Position numbers and translations under genes: made by a program
Notes under the pieces: model-generated
The model's input: the letters and a program-made list of their open reading frames with translations, nothing else
The model's database searches: none
Told to the model about the DNA's origin: nothing
Shown: one piece after another, positions 50,621-59,794 of the stretch
Layout: the number at the start of each line of letters is the position of its first letter
Position numbering within the stretch: the stretch's first letter is position 1
From: Verrucomicrobiota bacterium
Lineage (GTDB): Bacteria > Verrucomicrobiota > Verrucomicrobiia > Limisphaerales > UBA9464
Reading direction: 5' to 3'
Assembly: GCA_017309115.1 (NCBI GenBank)
Contig: JAFLEF010000023.1
Coordinates: 23,502-87,501 of the forward strand
Length of the DNA: 64,000 nucleotides

Positions 50621-50654
50621 AACAAAAACGGCGGTGGAGCGAACTCCACCGCCG
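50621..50654 (-). terminator. Intrinsic terminator of the rpsB-tsf operon
   Basis: On the minus strand, 32 nt after the tsf stop: perfect 11-bp stem CGGCGGTGGAG / CTCCACCGCCG (50629-50654) with a 4-nt loop, followed by TTTTTGTT (50628-50621). Confidence 0.85.
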
Positions 50655-50685
50655 GATGCTTTGGCCGCGGTTGCGGCTGGGGACT

Positions 50686-51525
50686 TCAGATCGCCTCGCC
50701 CACTTGGAAGCGCAGGAAGCGACGGACGACGAGGGAGTCGTTGAGTGCCTTGCCCACGGACGCGATGTGGGCTTCGACCTTGAGGTCCGGATTCTTCACG
50801 AAGCCCTGCTCGAGCAGACAGGCCGTCTCGAGGAACTTACCGACCTTGCCTTCGATAATCTTGGCGACGGCTTGCGGCGGTTTGTTCTTCACCGCTTCGC
50901 TTTGACCGGCGATTTCGCGTTCCTTCTCGATCACCGAGGCGGGCACGGAATCCCGGCTGATGGCGATCGGGCTGGCGGCGACGATCTGCAGGGTGATGTC
51001 GCGAACGAGTTGCTTGAAGTCTTCGGACGTGACCGTTTCGGGCTTGGTCGAACCGACTTCCACGAGCACGCCGACTTTGCCGCCGGTGTGAATGTAAGCC
51101 GCGACCAGGCCGCTGCCGGTGACTTCGAGCCGTTGCTGACGACGAATCTGGATGTTCTCACCGATCTTGGCGACGGCGGCGACTCGGTCGGCTTCGAGGT
51201 CAACCGCCGGATTGGCGGCCACCTTGGCGGCGAGTTCGTTGCAGAAGGCCTTGAAGTCTTCATTGCGGGCGACGAAGTCGGTTTCGCAATTCACTTCGAC
51301 CAAGGCGCCCACTTGTCCGCCGTTGAGTACGGCTTGAGCAATGAGGCCATCCTTGGCTTCGCGACCGGCCTTCTTGGCGGCGCTGGCCTGGCCCTTTTTG
51401 CGGAGAATATCCACGGCGCCATCGAGATTGCCGCCCGCTTCCACGAGCGCGTTCTTGCAGTCCATGAGGCCGGCGCTGGTCATCTCACGGAGTTTGCCCA
51501 CGAGGGCGGGAGTAATGTCTGCCAT
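50686..51525 (-). CDS. tsf: Translation elongation factor Ts
   Basis: MADITPALVGKLREMTSAGLMDCKNALVEAGGNLDGAVDILRKKG is the canonical UBA-like N-terminus. It lies immediately downstream of rpsB. Confidence 0.97.
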   Translation of the reverse strand: MADITPALVGKLREMTSAGLMDCKNALVEAGGNLDGAVDILRKKGQASAAKKAGREAKDGLIAQAVLNGGQVGALVEVNCETDFVARNEDFKAFCNELAAKVAANPAVDLEADRVAAVAKIGENIQIRRQQRLEVTGSGLVAAYIHTGGKVGVLVEVGSTKPETVTSEDFKQLVRDITLQIVAASPIAISRDSVPASVIEKEREIAGQSEAVKNKPPQAVAKIIEGKVGKFLETACLLEQGFVKNPDLKVEAHIASVGKALNDSLVVRRFLRFQVGEAI

Positions 51526-51608
51526 GTCAGGAAACGCGGTTACTGTTGAATGTTGCGGGAGGCCGGTGACGCCGAGGTCACTGGCCGGACCCGATCAGGT
51601 GACGTTGC

Positions 51609-52400
51609 TCAGGCGACCGGAGCCGGTTCGGGAGCTGGTTCAGCTGCGACCGGAGCCGGTTCAGCCGGAGCGGGGGTGGCTTCAGCCTTGTCGCTCTTCC
51701 GCGCCCGCTTGGCGTCGAATTCCGCCTTCGACTTGGCGATGACCTCGACCACGGTGCCGAGAATCAGCTTCACCGAGCGAATCGCGTCGTCGTTGCCGGC
51801 GATCGGATAGTCGACGAGATCGGGATCGCAGTTGGTATCCACGATCGCGACGAGGGGAATCTTGAGCCGGCGGGCTTCCGCCACGGCGTTGTGCTCGCGC
51901 TTGATGTCGACAATGAACATCGCGTCCGGGAGCGAATCGGTGGTTCGGAGACCGTCCAGATTCTTGACGAAGCGGGCGTGTTCGCGGCGGATCATCGACT
52001 GCTCCTGCTTCACGTACTCATTGATCGAGCCGTCGGTTTCCATGCGCTCGATGTCCTTCATCCGCTTCAGGGAACGCTTAAGCGTGCGAAGGTTGGTGAG
52101 CGTGCCACCCAGCCAGCGACCGGTGACGTAGGGCTGGCTGCAGGACTTGGCGGCTTCCTTGACCGCTTCCTGAGCCTGCTTCTTGGTGCCCACGAACAGA
52201 ATCTGGCCACCTTTGGCAGCGATCTGAGCGAGGAAATCACAAGCGGCTTCCAACTGGGGGACCGTCTTGGACAGGTCGATGACGTGGATGCCGTTCCGGG
52301 CTTCGAAGATGAACGGTTTCATCTTCGGGTTCCAACGGCGGGTTTGGTGACCGAAATGAACTCCCGCTTCGAGGAGTTCTTTGACGCCTACACTAATCAT
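51609..52400 (-). CDS. rpsB: 30S ribosomal protein S2 (with an A/P/E-rich C-terminal tail)
   Basis: LLEAGVHFGHQTRRWNPKMKPFIFEARNGIHVIDL, PYVTGRWLGGTLTN, LPDAMFIVD. Confidence 0.97.
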   Translation of the reverse strand: MISVGVKELLEAGVHFGHQTRRWNPKMKPFIFEARNGIHVIDLSKTVPQLEAACDFLAQIAAKGGQILFVGTKKQAQEAVKEAAKSCSQPYVTGRWLGGTLTNLRTLKRSLKRMKDIERMETDGSINEYVKQEQSMIRREHARFVKNLDGLRTTDSLPDAMFIVDIKREHNAVAEARRLKIPLVAIVDTNCDPDLVDYPIAGNDDAIRSVKLILGTVVEVIAKSKAEFDAKRARKSDKAEATPAPAEPAPVAAEPAPEPAPVA

Positions 52401-52699
52401 GTCGTTCTGCTTCCGATGGTTGCGGCGTTTTCCCGGGATGAGTTCCCGACGCCATCCGGCGGAAGAACCGGATTGGTTTTGGTGTGATTGTGGCCGCCCG
52501 CCGCACGCGCGCCGGGACGTTACAGGCCGTTTACCCCCGCGATTTAACGCGAAGGAACGCCCAACCTGTCAAACGACTGACCGGCGGGCAATAGGTTTTT
52601 CCAGGTGAACGGTGTTGTGAAGTTGGCCTGGTGTCTGTCGGGCAGTGGGAACTCCAGGAAAGCTGGCCTCGCCCCGGGCAGACCTGAGACATCAAGAGG

Positions 52700-53071
52700 G
52701 TGTCCGAGAACTGGAACTGGTTGTTGGAAACGGCCCGCGCCGAGGTGGAGCAAACGGTGAGGAACCTGCCGCCGGATCTACGGCTGCATGCTGAGTCGAT
52801 CCCGGTGACCTACGAGTCATGGCCCAGCGAAGCCCTGATTGCCGAGGGCTGGGAGGGGGATTTGCTGGGTATGTACATCGGCGATCCCGTGGGAGTCGCT
52901 GAAGTCTCCGGAGCGCCCCGCCAGATTCTCCTGTTCCTCGAGAATCTCTGGGACTTCGCCGAGGAAGACCAAGCGGTATACCAGGAGGAGATTCGCATTA
53001 CCTATATCCATGAATTCGGCCATTTCCTGGGCCTGGATGAGGACGAGTTGGCTGAAAGAGGGCTGCTTTAG
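52700..53071 (+). CDS. Small metallopeptidase-family protein (Zincin_1/DUF1025-like), GTG start
   Basis: 123 aa with ITYIHEFGHFLGLDEDEL (HExxH followed by an acidic tail), as in the MMP-like Zincin_1 family. Confidence 0.7.
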   Translation: MSENWNWLLETARAEVEQTVRNLPPDLRLHAESIPVTYESWPSEALIAEGWEGDLLGMYIGDPVGVAEVSGAPRQILLFLENLWDFAEEDQAVYQEEIRITYIHEFGHFLGLDEDELAERGLL

Positions 53072-53224
53072 GTGTCGCCGGGCTGAGGCGCAACATCGCG
53101 GGGAAGCCTACATCACGGAAGAAGAGGTGAGCATTATTCCTTTCTTGAGATTCTGTTTGCCGCGCTGGAATCTGATGATTGCGGACTTCTGCCCCTCGTT
53201 GCTCTTTCGGCCGTTCCGGACGGA

Positions 53225-54127
53225 TCAGTTACCCAGTTGCGCCAGGGCGAGGCGAATGGCGGCGTTTCGGTTTTCGACGCTGAGCTTTTCCAGGATGTGC
53301 TCGACGTGCTTCTCCACCGTTCGACGGGCGGAACCCAGAATCACGCCCACTTCGGCGTTGGTCTTGCCTTCGCTCAGCCAGAAGAGGACCTCGGCTTCGC
53401 GCGGGGTTAGACCAAGGGGAAGCAGGTCCGAGGGACCGACGACGCGGTGACCCACGAGTTCCAAAACTCCGAGTTCCGTCGCGTTGGCCTGGCGTAGAAT
53501 CCGGGTCTCAAGTCCCTCGGGCAGCGGAGAGGCAGGGTGGCCGGCAATTGAGTAGGTAAGTGGGGGTGGTACCGTGCCCCGGGGTGTTTCGGGGAAGTAG
53601 TGGGCCAGCAGGGTCGAGGCGAGACGGGTGGCGAAGTGCAGGCGACCGTGGGCGTCGATGACCATTAAGGCTCGGTCGAGGGAATCCCGTAGCTGTTCCT
53701 CGGCTTCCCGTCGCATTTCCAGCTCCTCCTCGAGTTGGCGCTGCAGTCGGGCGAGGCGAAGATGGGTGCGCACTCGCGCGAGGACTTCCGGGGGTTGAAT
53801 GGGTTTGGTGACGTAGTCCACCGCTCCGGCTTCGAGCGCGCGTACTTTGTCCGCGACTTCGTCCACGGCCGAGAGGAACAGCACCGGCAGATCCGCGCAG
53901 TCGGGCAGGGCCTTGAGTCGGCGACAGACTTCGAGTCCGTCCCAGCCGGGCAGCATGAAGTCCAGTAGGATCAGATCCGGCACCTCGTGGGTGACTTGCT
54001 CCAGGGCGCCTTCCCCGCTTTCGGCCACGAGCACGCGGTAGCCGGCCTTGCCCAGGGAATCGAGCAGGAGACCGAGGTTGGCGGGAACATCATCGACTAC
54101 CAGAATGGTGGCGGGTTTGTTCGGCAT
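53225..54127 (-). CDS. Response regulator: receiver domain + ~100-aa middle segment + LuxR/FixJ-type HTH
   Basis: ILVVDDVPANLGLLLDSL...DLILLDFMLPGWDGLEVCRRLK (receiver), and LTPREAEVLFWLSEGKTNAEVGVILGSARRTVEKHVEHILEKLSVENRNAA (LuxR HTH). Confidence 0.9.
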   Translation of the reverse strand: MPNKPATILVVDDVPANLGLLLDSLGKAGYRVLVAESGEGALEQVTHEVPDLILLDFMLPGWDGLEVCRRLKALPDCADLPVLFLSAVDEVADKVRALEAGAVDYVTKPIQPPEVLARVRTHLRLARLQRQLEEELEMRREAEEQLRDSLDRALMVIDAHGRLHFATRLASTLLAHYFPETPRGTVPPPLTYSIAGHPASPLPEGLETRILRQANATELGVLELVGHRVVGPSDLLPLGLTPREAEVLFWLSEGKTNAEVGVILGSARRTVEKHVEHILEKLSVENRNAAIRLALAQLGN

Positions 54128-54128
54128 T

Positions 54129-57100
54129 TCAGAGGGCGGCGGAACTTGAGGCGGTGGTTGAGGACGGTGATTTGCTGGCGCGTTCGAGACGGTCGCGAAC
54201 GGCGGCCATCTGGTAATTCGCCGCGAGGGATTCCAATTCCGCCAGCCAGCCGGCGAATTGCGGAGAGTGCTTACGCAACGTCATGAGTTCCTGACGCAGG
54301 GCCATCACGTCGCCCCGATTGGCGGCCGCGCGAAGGGGGGCCAGTGCTTCGGCTCCAGGGATCTTTCCGGCCTCGGGTGTCGGATTCGGTGGGGTGGGCA
54401 CGGATTCAGCCTCGGCGTACTGCCAGCGCAGTCGGAGTTGGTGCTGCAATAGGTCGAGGAGTTGGGCCTCCTGAAACGGCTTCGGAAGGAATTCGTCGGC
54501 TCCGGCGCGCAGGGCATCTTCCCGGTTGAAGCCGAGTACGCTCGCGGAGGTGGCGACCAACCGCGCTTTCCAACCCGGCCGGGCGCGTAGACGACGGGTC
54601 AGCTCGAAGCCGTCCATGCCGGGCATGCGCAAATCCAGCAGGACCAAGTCGAAGTCCGGTGTTCCGGGAGTGTCGAGCAGTTGGAGCGCAGCAGCGCCTT
54701 GTACGGCTTCGGTGACTTCAAAGCCGAGCGGTTCCAGGAATTCCCGGAGCAAACGTCGGTTGACCTCGAGATCATCCACCAGCAGGACCCGTTGAACCCG
54801 GCCTTCGTAACCGAGAATGCGTCGGGTCGGCGCCGTGGATCGCTGGGGATCGCTGCTCGGCGTTAGGGCCACCGTGAACTGAAATTCGCTGCCGTGGCCG
54901 GGCCGACTTTGGACCGTGATGCGGCCGCCCATCAGACCCACGAGATGCTGACTGATCGCGAGACCGAGTCCGGCCCCGGGTTCGGCGGGCCGGCCGGCAT
55001 CCGCCTGGGAGAAGGGTTGGAATAATCGGGCCACGTCGGCGGGTTCCAGTCCGGGTCCGGTGTCGGTAACGCGGAACTCGAAGCGGTTAGGTTCCGCTGC
55101 GGGCCGGCACTCAAGGGTCACTTCGCCCTGGCGTGTGAACTTGAGGGCATTGCCCATCAGATTCTCGAGCACTTGGCGCAGTCGTTGGCGGTCGCCGATC
55201 ACGTCGCCCTCGGGAATCTGGGGGAGCGGAACCCGGAAGCGCAGACCGCGTTGAGTGGCGCGGGGGGCAAAGCTGGCTTCCAGATCGCGGACCAATTCCC
55301 GCAAGCTGAAGGGACCCGTACGCAACTCGACCCGGCCGGCCTCGACCTTGGCGAGATCGAGCACGTCGTTGATCAGACTCAGCAGATGATCGCCGCTGGA
55401 GCGAATGATGCGGAGGCGTTCGCGGTTCCGGTCGCTGAGGTCGGATTCGCGCCCGAGAATTTGGGCGAATCCGAGAATGCCGTTCAGCGGTGTGCGCAGC
55501 TCATGGCTCATGTTGGCCAGGAACCGGGATTTGGCGCGGTTGGCGTCCTCGGCCTCGTTCTTGGCAAGTTCCAGTTCGCGGGTGCGGAGAGCAACAGTTT
55601 CCTCGAGTTGCCGAGCGCGTTCCTCGGCGCGTCGAAGGCGGACATGCAGGGCGCCTTGGAACGCACCCCAGCCCAACGCGGCGTAGCCGAGCCAGGCCCA
55701 ACCGCTCAGATACCACGGTGACGCCACCCGGAAACTTCGCGCGGCCACCTCGGACATTCCGCCGAACCGATCCTGGGCGCGGACTTCGAATCGGTACTGT
55801 CCGCCGGGAAGTCCGGCCCAGGAAACGTCGCGTTTTCCGGAGAGTTCGCTCCAGCGATCGTCCCAACCCACGAGGCGAGTCTGATAGCGAACCTCGGCGC
55901 CACGGTCCGGACGTGGGGCGTCGAATTCGAATTCGTAGCGGTCGCGGGTGTGAGGCAGGGCCACGGTGTTGGCGATGAGCGATTGATTCGTCCCCACGGC
56001 GCGAAAGGACGCGACATGCGTGTGCCAGCGCGCGGGTGGCGTTGGCAGTCGGTCGGGTTCCAAGCGCAGCAAGGCGTCCATGCTCAGCGACCAAATCACT
56101 TCCCGGCCGTCCTCGAATTCCCGGCGAGTGTGCAGACTGCCGAGGAACCCCAGAGCCTCAGCCACCGCGGGAGGCATGGGTTCGGCCAGAAAGTCGCCGT
56201 TGGTTTGTTTGCGAAATCGGACGAGCGGGTAGTCGGCGGCATCGGCGGCCTGGGATCGCGCGGCCACGGCCCAGAAGGTGTTGGAGTCGGCAACGGCGGT
56301 GTTGGCGATGAACCGCAGGGGACCCGTTCGGTCCACGTACCGGAGATCCACCACGAAGGATTGTGTCGCGGGAACGAAACGCAGGAGGTCCTCAAAGACG
56401 GGCACCACGAAGCCCTCCGAAACCGGGAACAACAGGGTGTGAGTGCTGCTGGACGCAATCTTGCCGTTACCTTTGGACCAGGTGGTCACTGTGGGATTGG
56501 CCCACGGATCGTCGCCGGGTCCGGCTTCCAGTCGGTGAATCCCGCGGGAGATGGAATCCATCCACCAGTTTTGCGCGGAGTCCTGATATAGATTGCGCAC
56601 CTCGCCCAGCTCCGGGACCAGCTTGGTCTCGGCCCAGCGGCCGTCCCGAAAGCGCTGAAACGAAAGTCCGTTGGCCCGGCCGGCGAGCAGAAGGTTGGGA
56701 TCATTGTCGGAAAGGCGAAGCACGAAGAACCGGTTGTTGGAGGCGATGATTCGCTGGCGGGCGTTGGTGGAGAGCAGTTCCAGTCCCTCGGGCCCGCCGA
56801 CGAGCAATCCGCTGGGATGACTGGCGAGGCCTTGCGGCGAGTTGAAACTGGCCGGATGAGTCTGCACCTGGGCGGCAGCACCCGCGTTGGCGGAGGGCAC
56901 GATTTGGTAGATGCCCTTGGGATTGGCGAACACGATTCGGCCGTCATGCCGCGTCAGGGCGCTGCCGATGCCGCTGACGAGTCCATTGCGCGCGTCGAAC
57001 ACTGTGGCGGCTCCCGGGAGATCCACGGCCACAATTCCGGAATCCGTTCCCAGCCACCAGGAGCCGTGGCGGTCGAGCACCGCACTATTGAATGTATCCG

Positions 57101-58019
57101 TGGGCAATCCGCGCCTTCGGTCGTAGCGTCCGCGAACCGATCCGTCGGGCCCGAGATGCCATAGTCCGTTGGTAATGGACCCCACGAGCAGCGACTGGTC
57201 GGGCAACACGGTCAAACGTTGTGCCCGCATTCCGGTCCAGCGTTCGTTGAGTGCGGCCGAGATGGGTTGCGGGGTGTTGTTCTGCCAGCGAAACAGGCCG
57301 GCCCGGCGAGTCAGCAGCAGCAACGTTCCATCTTGGGACTTCAGGTCCGCGAGGCTGTTGGTGGCGAGCCACGATTGGGTGGCCCAGGGTTCGAACTGTT
57401 CGCCGGTGAAGCGCAGCAAGCCGACGCCCGATTGCTGGAGGTAGACGGCCTCGGGCGTGACGAAGAGTTCGAGTCGGCTGGGCGTGTTGGTGAAGCTCCA
57501 GGTCCGAACTCCGGAGGCGTTATGGCGGAAGACATGTTGATCCGATCCGAACCATGCTTCGCTGCCTCGTACTGCGACTCGCATGATTTGGCCGACCTGA
57601 GCGGGACCAGCCGGCGGTTTGGGGCGGAGTGATTGCCATTCCCAACGTCCCTGCCCATCCCGCCGGGCCACCCCGAAGTCGTCGGCGCCTCCGGTGACGA
57701 TGGATCCGTCGGGCAGGGCTCCGAGAGCGCGCAGATTGGAGATTTTGGTTTCCAGCTTGGTCCACTTCACGCCGTCGAACCAACCTAGGTAACTGGCCGA
57801 AACAAACGCAATCCGCCCGTCGGGGGTTTCGATCACGTCGTAGACCTGGGGATTGGCGAGAAAATCCTGGGCGGTGAACTGCCGAACCAGGGCGAGTCCT
57901 TCCTCTCGGGGATCGGCCTGAAGTAACATCATGAGCCCAACCAGTCCGAGGGCGATCAGGAGCCGGAACACTCCAGAACGCCGGGCGAACGGAACCAGGC
58001 CACGAAACGGGGGCTGCAT
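54129..58019 (-). CDS. Hybrid sensor histidine kinase: signal/TM, two-component-regulator propeller + Y_Y_Y-like periplasmic region, TM, HisKA, HATPase_c, receiver, Hpt-like C-terminus
   Basis: H-box SHELRTPLNGILGFAQIL (His codon at 55503-55505). N/G boxes: LMGNALKFT, DTGPGL, GAGLGLAISQ. Receiver: VLLVDDLEVNRRLL...DLVLLDLRMPGMDGFELTRRLR. The ~750-aa N-terminal region has propeller-like repeats. Confidence 0.9.
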   Translation of the reverse strand: MQPPFRGLVPFARRSGVFRLLIALGLVGLMMLLQADPREEGLALVRQFTAQDFLANPQVYDVIETPDGRIAFVSASYLGWFDGVKWTKLETKISNLRALGALPDGSIVTGGADDFGVARRDGQGRWEWQSLRPKPPAGPAQVGQIMRVAVRGSEAWFGSDQHVFRHNASGVRTWSFTNTPSRLELFVTPEAVYLQQSGVGLLRFTGEQFEPWATQSWLATNSLADLKSQDGTLLLLTRRAGLFRWQNNTPQPISAALNERWTGMRAQRLTVLPDQSLLVGSITNGLWHLGPDGSVRGRYDRRRGLPTDTFNSAVLDRHGSWWLGTDSGIVAVDLPGAATVFDARNGLVSGIGSALTRHDGRIVFANPKGIYQIVPSANAGAAAQVQTHPASFNSPQGLASHPSGLLVGGPEGLELLSTNARQRIIASNNRFFVLRLSDNDPNLLLAGRANGLSFQRFRDGRWAETKLVPELGEVRNLYQDSAQNWWMDSISRGIHRLEAGPGDDPWANPTVTTWSKGNGKIASSSTHTLLFPVSEGFVVPVFEDLLRFVPATQSFVVDLRYVDRTGPLRFIANTAVADSNTFWAVAARSQAADAADYPLVRFRKQTNGDFLAEPMPPAVAEALGFLGSLHTRREFEDGREVIWSLSMDALLRLEPDRLPTPPARWHTHVASFRAVGTNQSLIANTVALPHTRDRYEFEFDAPRPDRGAEVRYQTRLVGWDDRWSELSGKRDVSWAGLPGGQYRFEVRAQDRFGGMSEVAARSFRVASPWYLSGWAWLGYAALGWGAFQGALHVRLRRAEERARQLEETVALRTRELELAKNEAEDANRAKSRFLANMSHELRTPLNGILGFAQILGRESDLSDRNRERLRIIRSSGDHLLSLINDVLDLAKVEAGRVELRTGPFSLRELVRDLEASFAPRATQRGLRFRVPLPQIPEGDVIGDRQRLRQVLENLMGNALKFTRQGEVTLECRPAAEPNRFEFRVTDTGPGLEPADVARLFQPFSQADAGRPAEPGAGLGLAISQHLVGLMGGRITVQSRPGHGSEFQFTVALTPSSDPQRSTAPTRRILGYEGRVQRVLLVDDLEVNRRLLREFLEPLGFEVTEAVQGAAALQLLDTPGTPDFDLVLLDLRMPGMDGFELTRRLRARPGWKARLVATSASVLGFNREDALRAGADEFLPKPFQEAQLLDLLQHQLRLRWQYAEAESVPTPPNPTPEAGKIPGAEALAPLRAAANRGDVMALRQELMTLRKHSPQFAGWLAELESLAANYQMAAVRDRLERASKSPSSTTASSSAAL

Positions 58020-58033
58020 GAGTTGCCCGAATG

Positions 58034-58903
58034 CTACGCGGGGGGAGTGGGCAGTGGCAACTCACCCGGACGGGGGGTGGAGAACTCCGTTCGCAGAGAC
58101 TCGGGAGTACGACCAGCGTTTCGTAGGGCGCGCAGGCTGAGAGCGGCGTGGCGCTTGGCCAGGCGGACCCCATGCTCGTCCGCCAGGAGCGGGGCGTGAT
58201 AGAACCGGGGAGGAGGCCAGCCCAACGCCTGGTACAGCAAAAGTTGTCGGGCGGTGGAGACCAGCAGGTCGGCGCCCCGGACCACCTCGGTGATACGCAT
58301 GGCGGCGTCATCGGCCACACAAGCCAGTTGATAACTGGGCAGGTCGTCGTGGCGCCACACCACGAAGTCCCCGAAGTCGCGGCCCGCGACGAAGCGCTGG
58401 GGACCGAAGTGGCCGTCCACGAACTCAATGACTGCGCCGTCGGGAACTCGGAAGCGCCAGTTCACTCGGCTTTGGTGCTCGATTTGGATTCCGGTACGAG
58501 GGCGACAGGTTCCGGGATAGATGGGTTCGTCGTCGGCGGCATGCGGGGCGCGTACCGCGTTCTGGATGTCCTTCCGGGAACACTGGCAGGGAAACAGCCA
58601 GCCTCCGGCGCGTAGTCGTTCCAGAATTTCCCGATACGAACTCAACCGTTCGCTTTGGGAGTAGGGGCCAAACGGTCCGCCGACATCAGGGCCTTCCGTC
58701 CACTCGAGTCCCAGCCAGCGCAGATCCTCCAGAAACGCGGCCACAAACTCCGGTCGAGCTCGGTCGCGATCGAGGTCTTCGTTGCGCAGGATGAGGGTTC
58801 CTCCGGCCTGGCGGGCGCGCTGAGACGCGGTCCAGAAGGTCCGGGCGTGACCGAGATGCAAATAACCGGTCGGGGAGGGAGCGAGACGTCCGCGATAGGA
58901 CAT
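58034..58903 (-). CDS. gluQ: Glutamyl-Q tRNA(Asp) synthetase (truncated GluRS paralog)
   Basis: YRGRLAPSPTGYLHLGHARTFW (HIGH-type), LILRNEDLD, no anticodon-binding domain, 289 aa. Confidence 0.85.
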   Translation of the reverse strand: MSYRGRLAPSPTGYLHLGHARTFWTASQRARQAGGTLILRNEDLDRDRARPEFVAAFLEDLRWLGLEWTEGPDVGGPFGPYSQSERLSSYREILERLRAGGWLFPCQCSRKDIQNAVRAPHAADDEPIYPGTCRPRTGIQIEHQSRVNWRFRVPDGAVIEFVDGHFGPQRFVAGRDFGDFVVWRHDDLPSYQLACVADDAAMRITEVVRGADLLVSTARQLLLYQALGWPPPRFYHAPLLADEHGVRLAKRHAALSLRALRNAGRTPESLRTEFSTPRPGELPLPTPPA

Positions 58904-58911
58904 GGGGGCAC

Positions 58912-59763
58912 CTAGCGCAGTGGTTCCGCCTGGGCGATCCAGTCGCGGAACCGGGGCAACGGCCGGCCGAGCAGTTGCTCAGCTCGGGAGCACTTCAGGG
59001 AGACATCGGCTGGCCTTGGCGGCCCAGTGAAGTCCCGGAGAGACGAAGGTTCGATCCGCGGTTGGACTTCTGGATGTCGCGCGGCCAGGAGTTGACCGAG
59101 TTCCCAGCGGGACACCCGTTCGGTACCGGCCACGTGAACGGTTCCCGTGGCGTTTCGTTCGAGGAGTTCGAGCACGGCCCGGGCGGTTTCGGTGGCGGCA
59201 ATTGGGGAACGGAACTCGTCGGTAAACAGCTTTAGGGTTCTTCCCTGGCGCCAGGCAGTCACCATCTCTTCGTTGAAGGATCGAGTGCCGGTATCGGAAT
59301 GACCGTAATTCAGGGAGGTTCGAATGATCAGGTGTTGCTCGTGGGTGCGAACGATCTGTTCCGCTTCCACCTTGGTTTCGGCGTAAATCAGGCGGGGATT
59401 CGGCGAGTCGTCTTCCGTGTAGTGGCCCTGGGTTCCGTCGAAGACCAGGTCAGTCGAGAAGAACACCAGCGGAATTCCAGCGGCGAGTTCCGCGAGATGA
59501 CGGGTGACGTCAACATTGTGCCGGCGAGCCAGCGCGGGATCGGCCTGGCAAATCGGGGACCGACTGATCGCCGCGCAGTGAATCACGGCGGAGGGGGAGT
59601 CGGCCAAGAATTGATCCCGGACGCGGGTGTGTTCGGTGAGATCCAGTTCGGGTCGGCCGACGGCGACCACGCGGCACTGGGGCCAAAGCAAAGCGGCCTG
59701 ACCGAACAGATAGCTTCCGATCAGACCGCGGGCGCCCGTGATCCAAAGAACTCGGGGAATCAT
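58912..59763 (-). CDS. RmlD-like NAD(P)-dependent sugar reductase (dTDP-4-dehydrorhamnose reductase family)
   Basis: VLWITGARGLIGSYL (Rossmann), FFSTDLVFDG...YTEDDSPNPRLIYAETKVEAE (YxxxK), LIIRTSLNYG; 283 aa. Confidence 0.7.
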   Translation of the reverse strand: MIPRVLWITGARGLIGSYLFGQAALLWPQCRVVAVGRPELDLTEHTRVRDQFLADSPSAVIHCAAISRSPICQADPALARRHNVDVTRHLAELAAGIPLVFFSTDLVFDGTQGHYTEDDSPNPRLIYAETKVEAEQIVRTHEQHLIIRTSLNYGHSDTGTRSFNEEMVTAWRQGRTLKLFTDEFRSPIAATETARAVLELLERNATGTVHVAGTERVSRWELGQLLAARHPEVQPRIEPSSLRDFTGPPRPADVSLKCSRAEQLLGRPLPRFRDWIAQAEPLR

Positions 59764-59794
59764 GAATTCGGCCCGCTGGGGCGGGCCTGCTGCC

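Noticed and set aside
50371-51549. 392-aa plus-strand ORF overlapping tsf
   Set aside because: It is antisense to an unmistakable EF-Ts sequence. Its D/G/L/E-rich mirror composition is typical of antisense translation.
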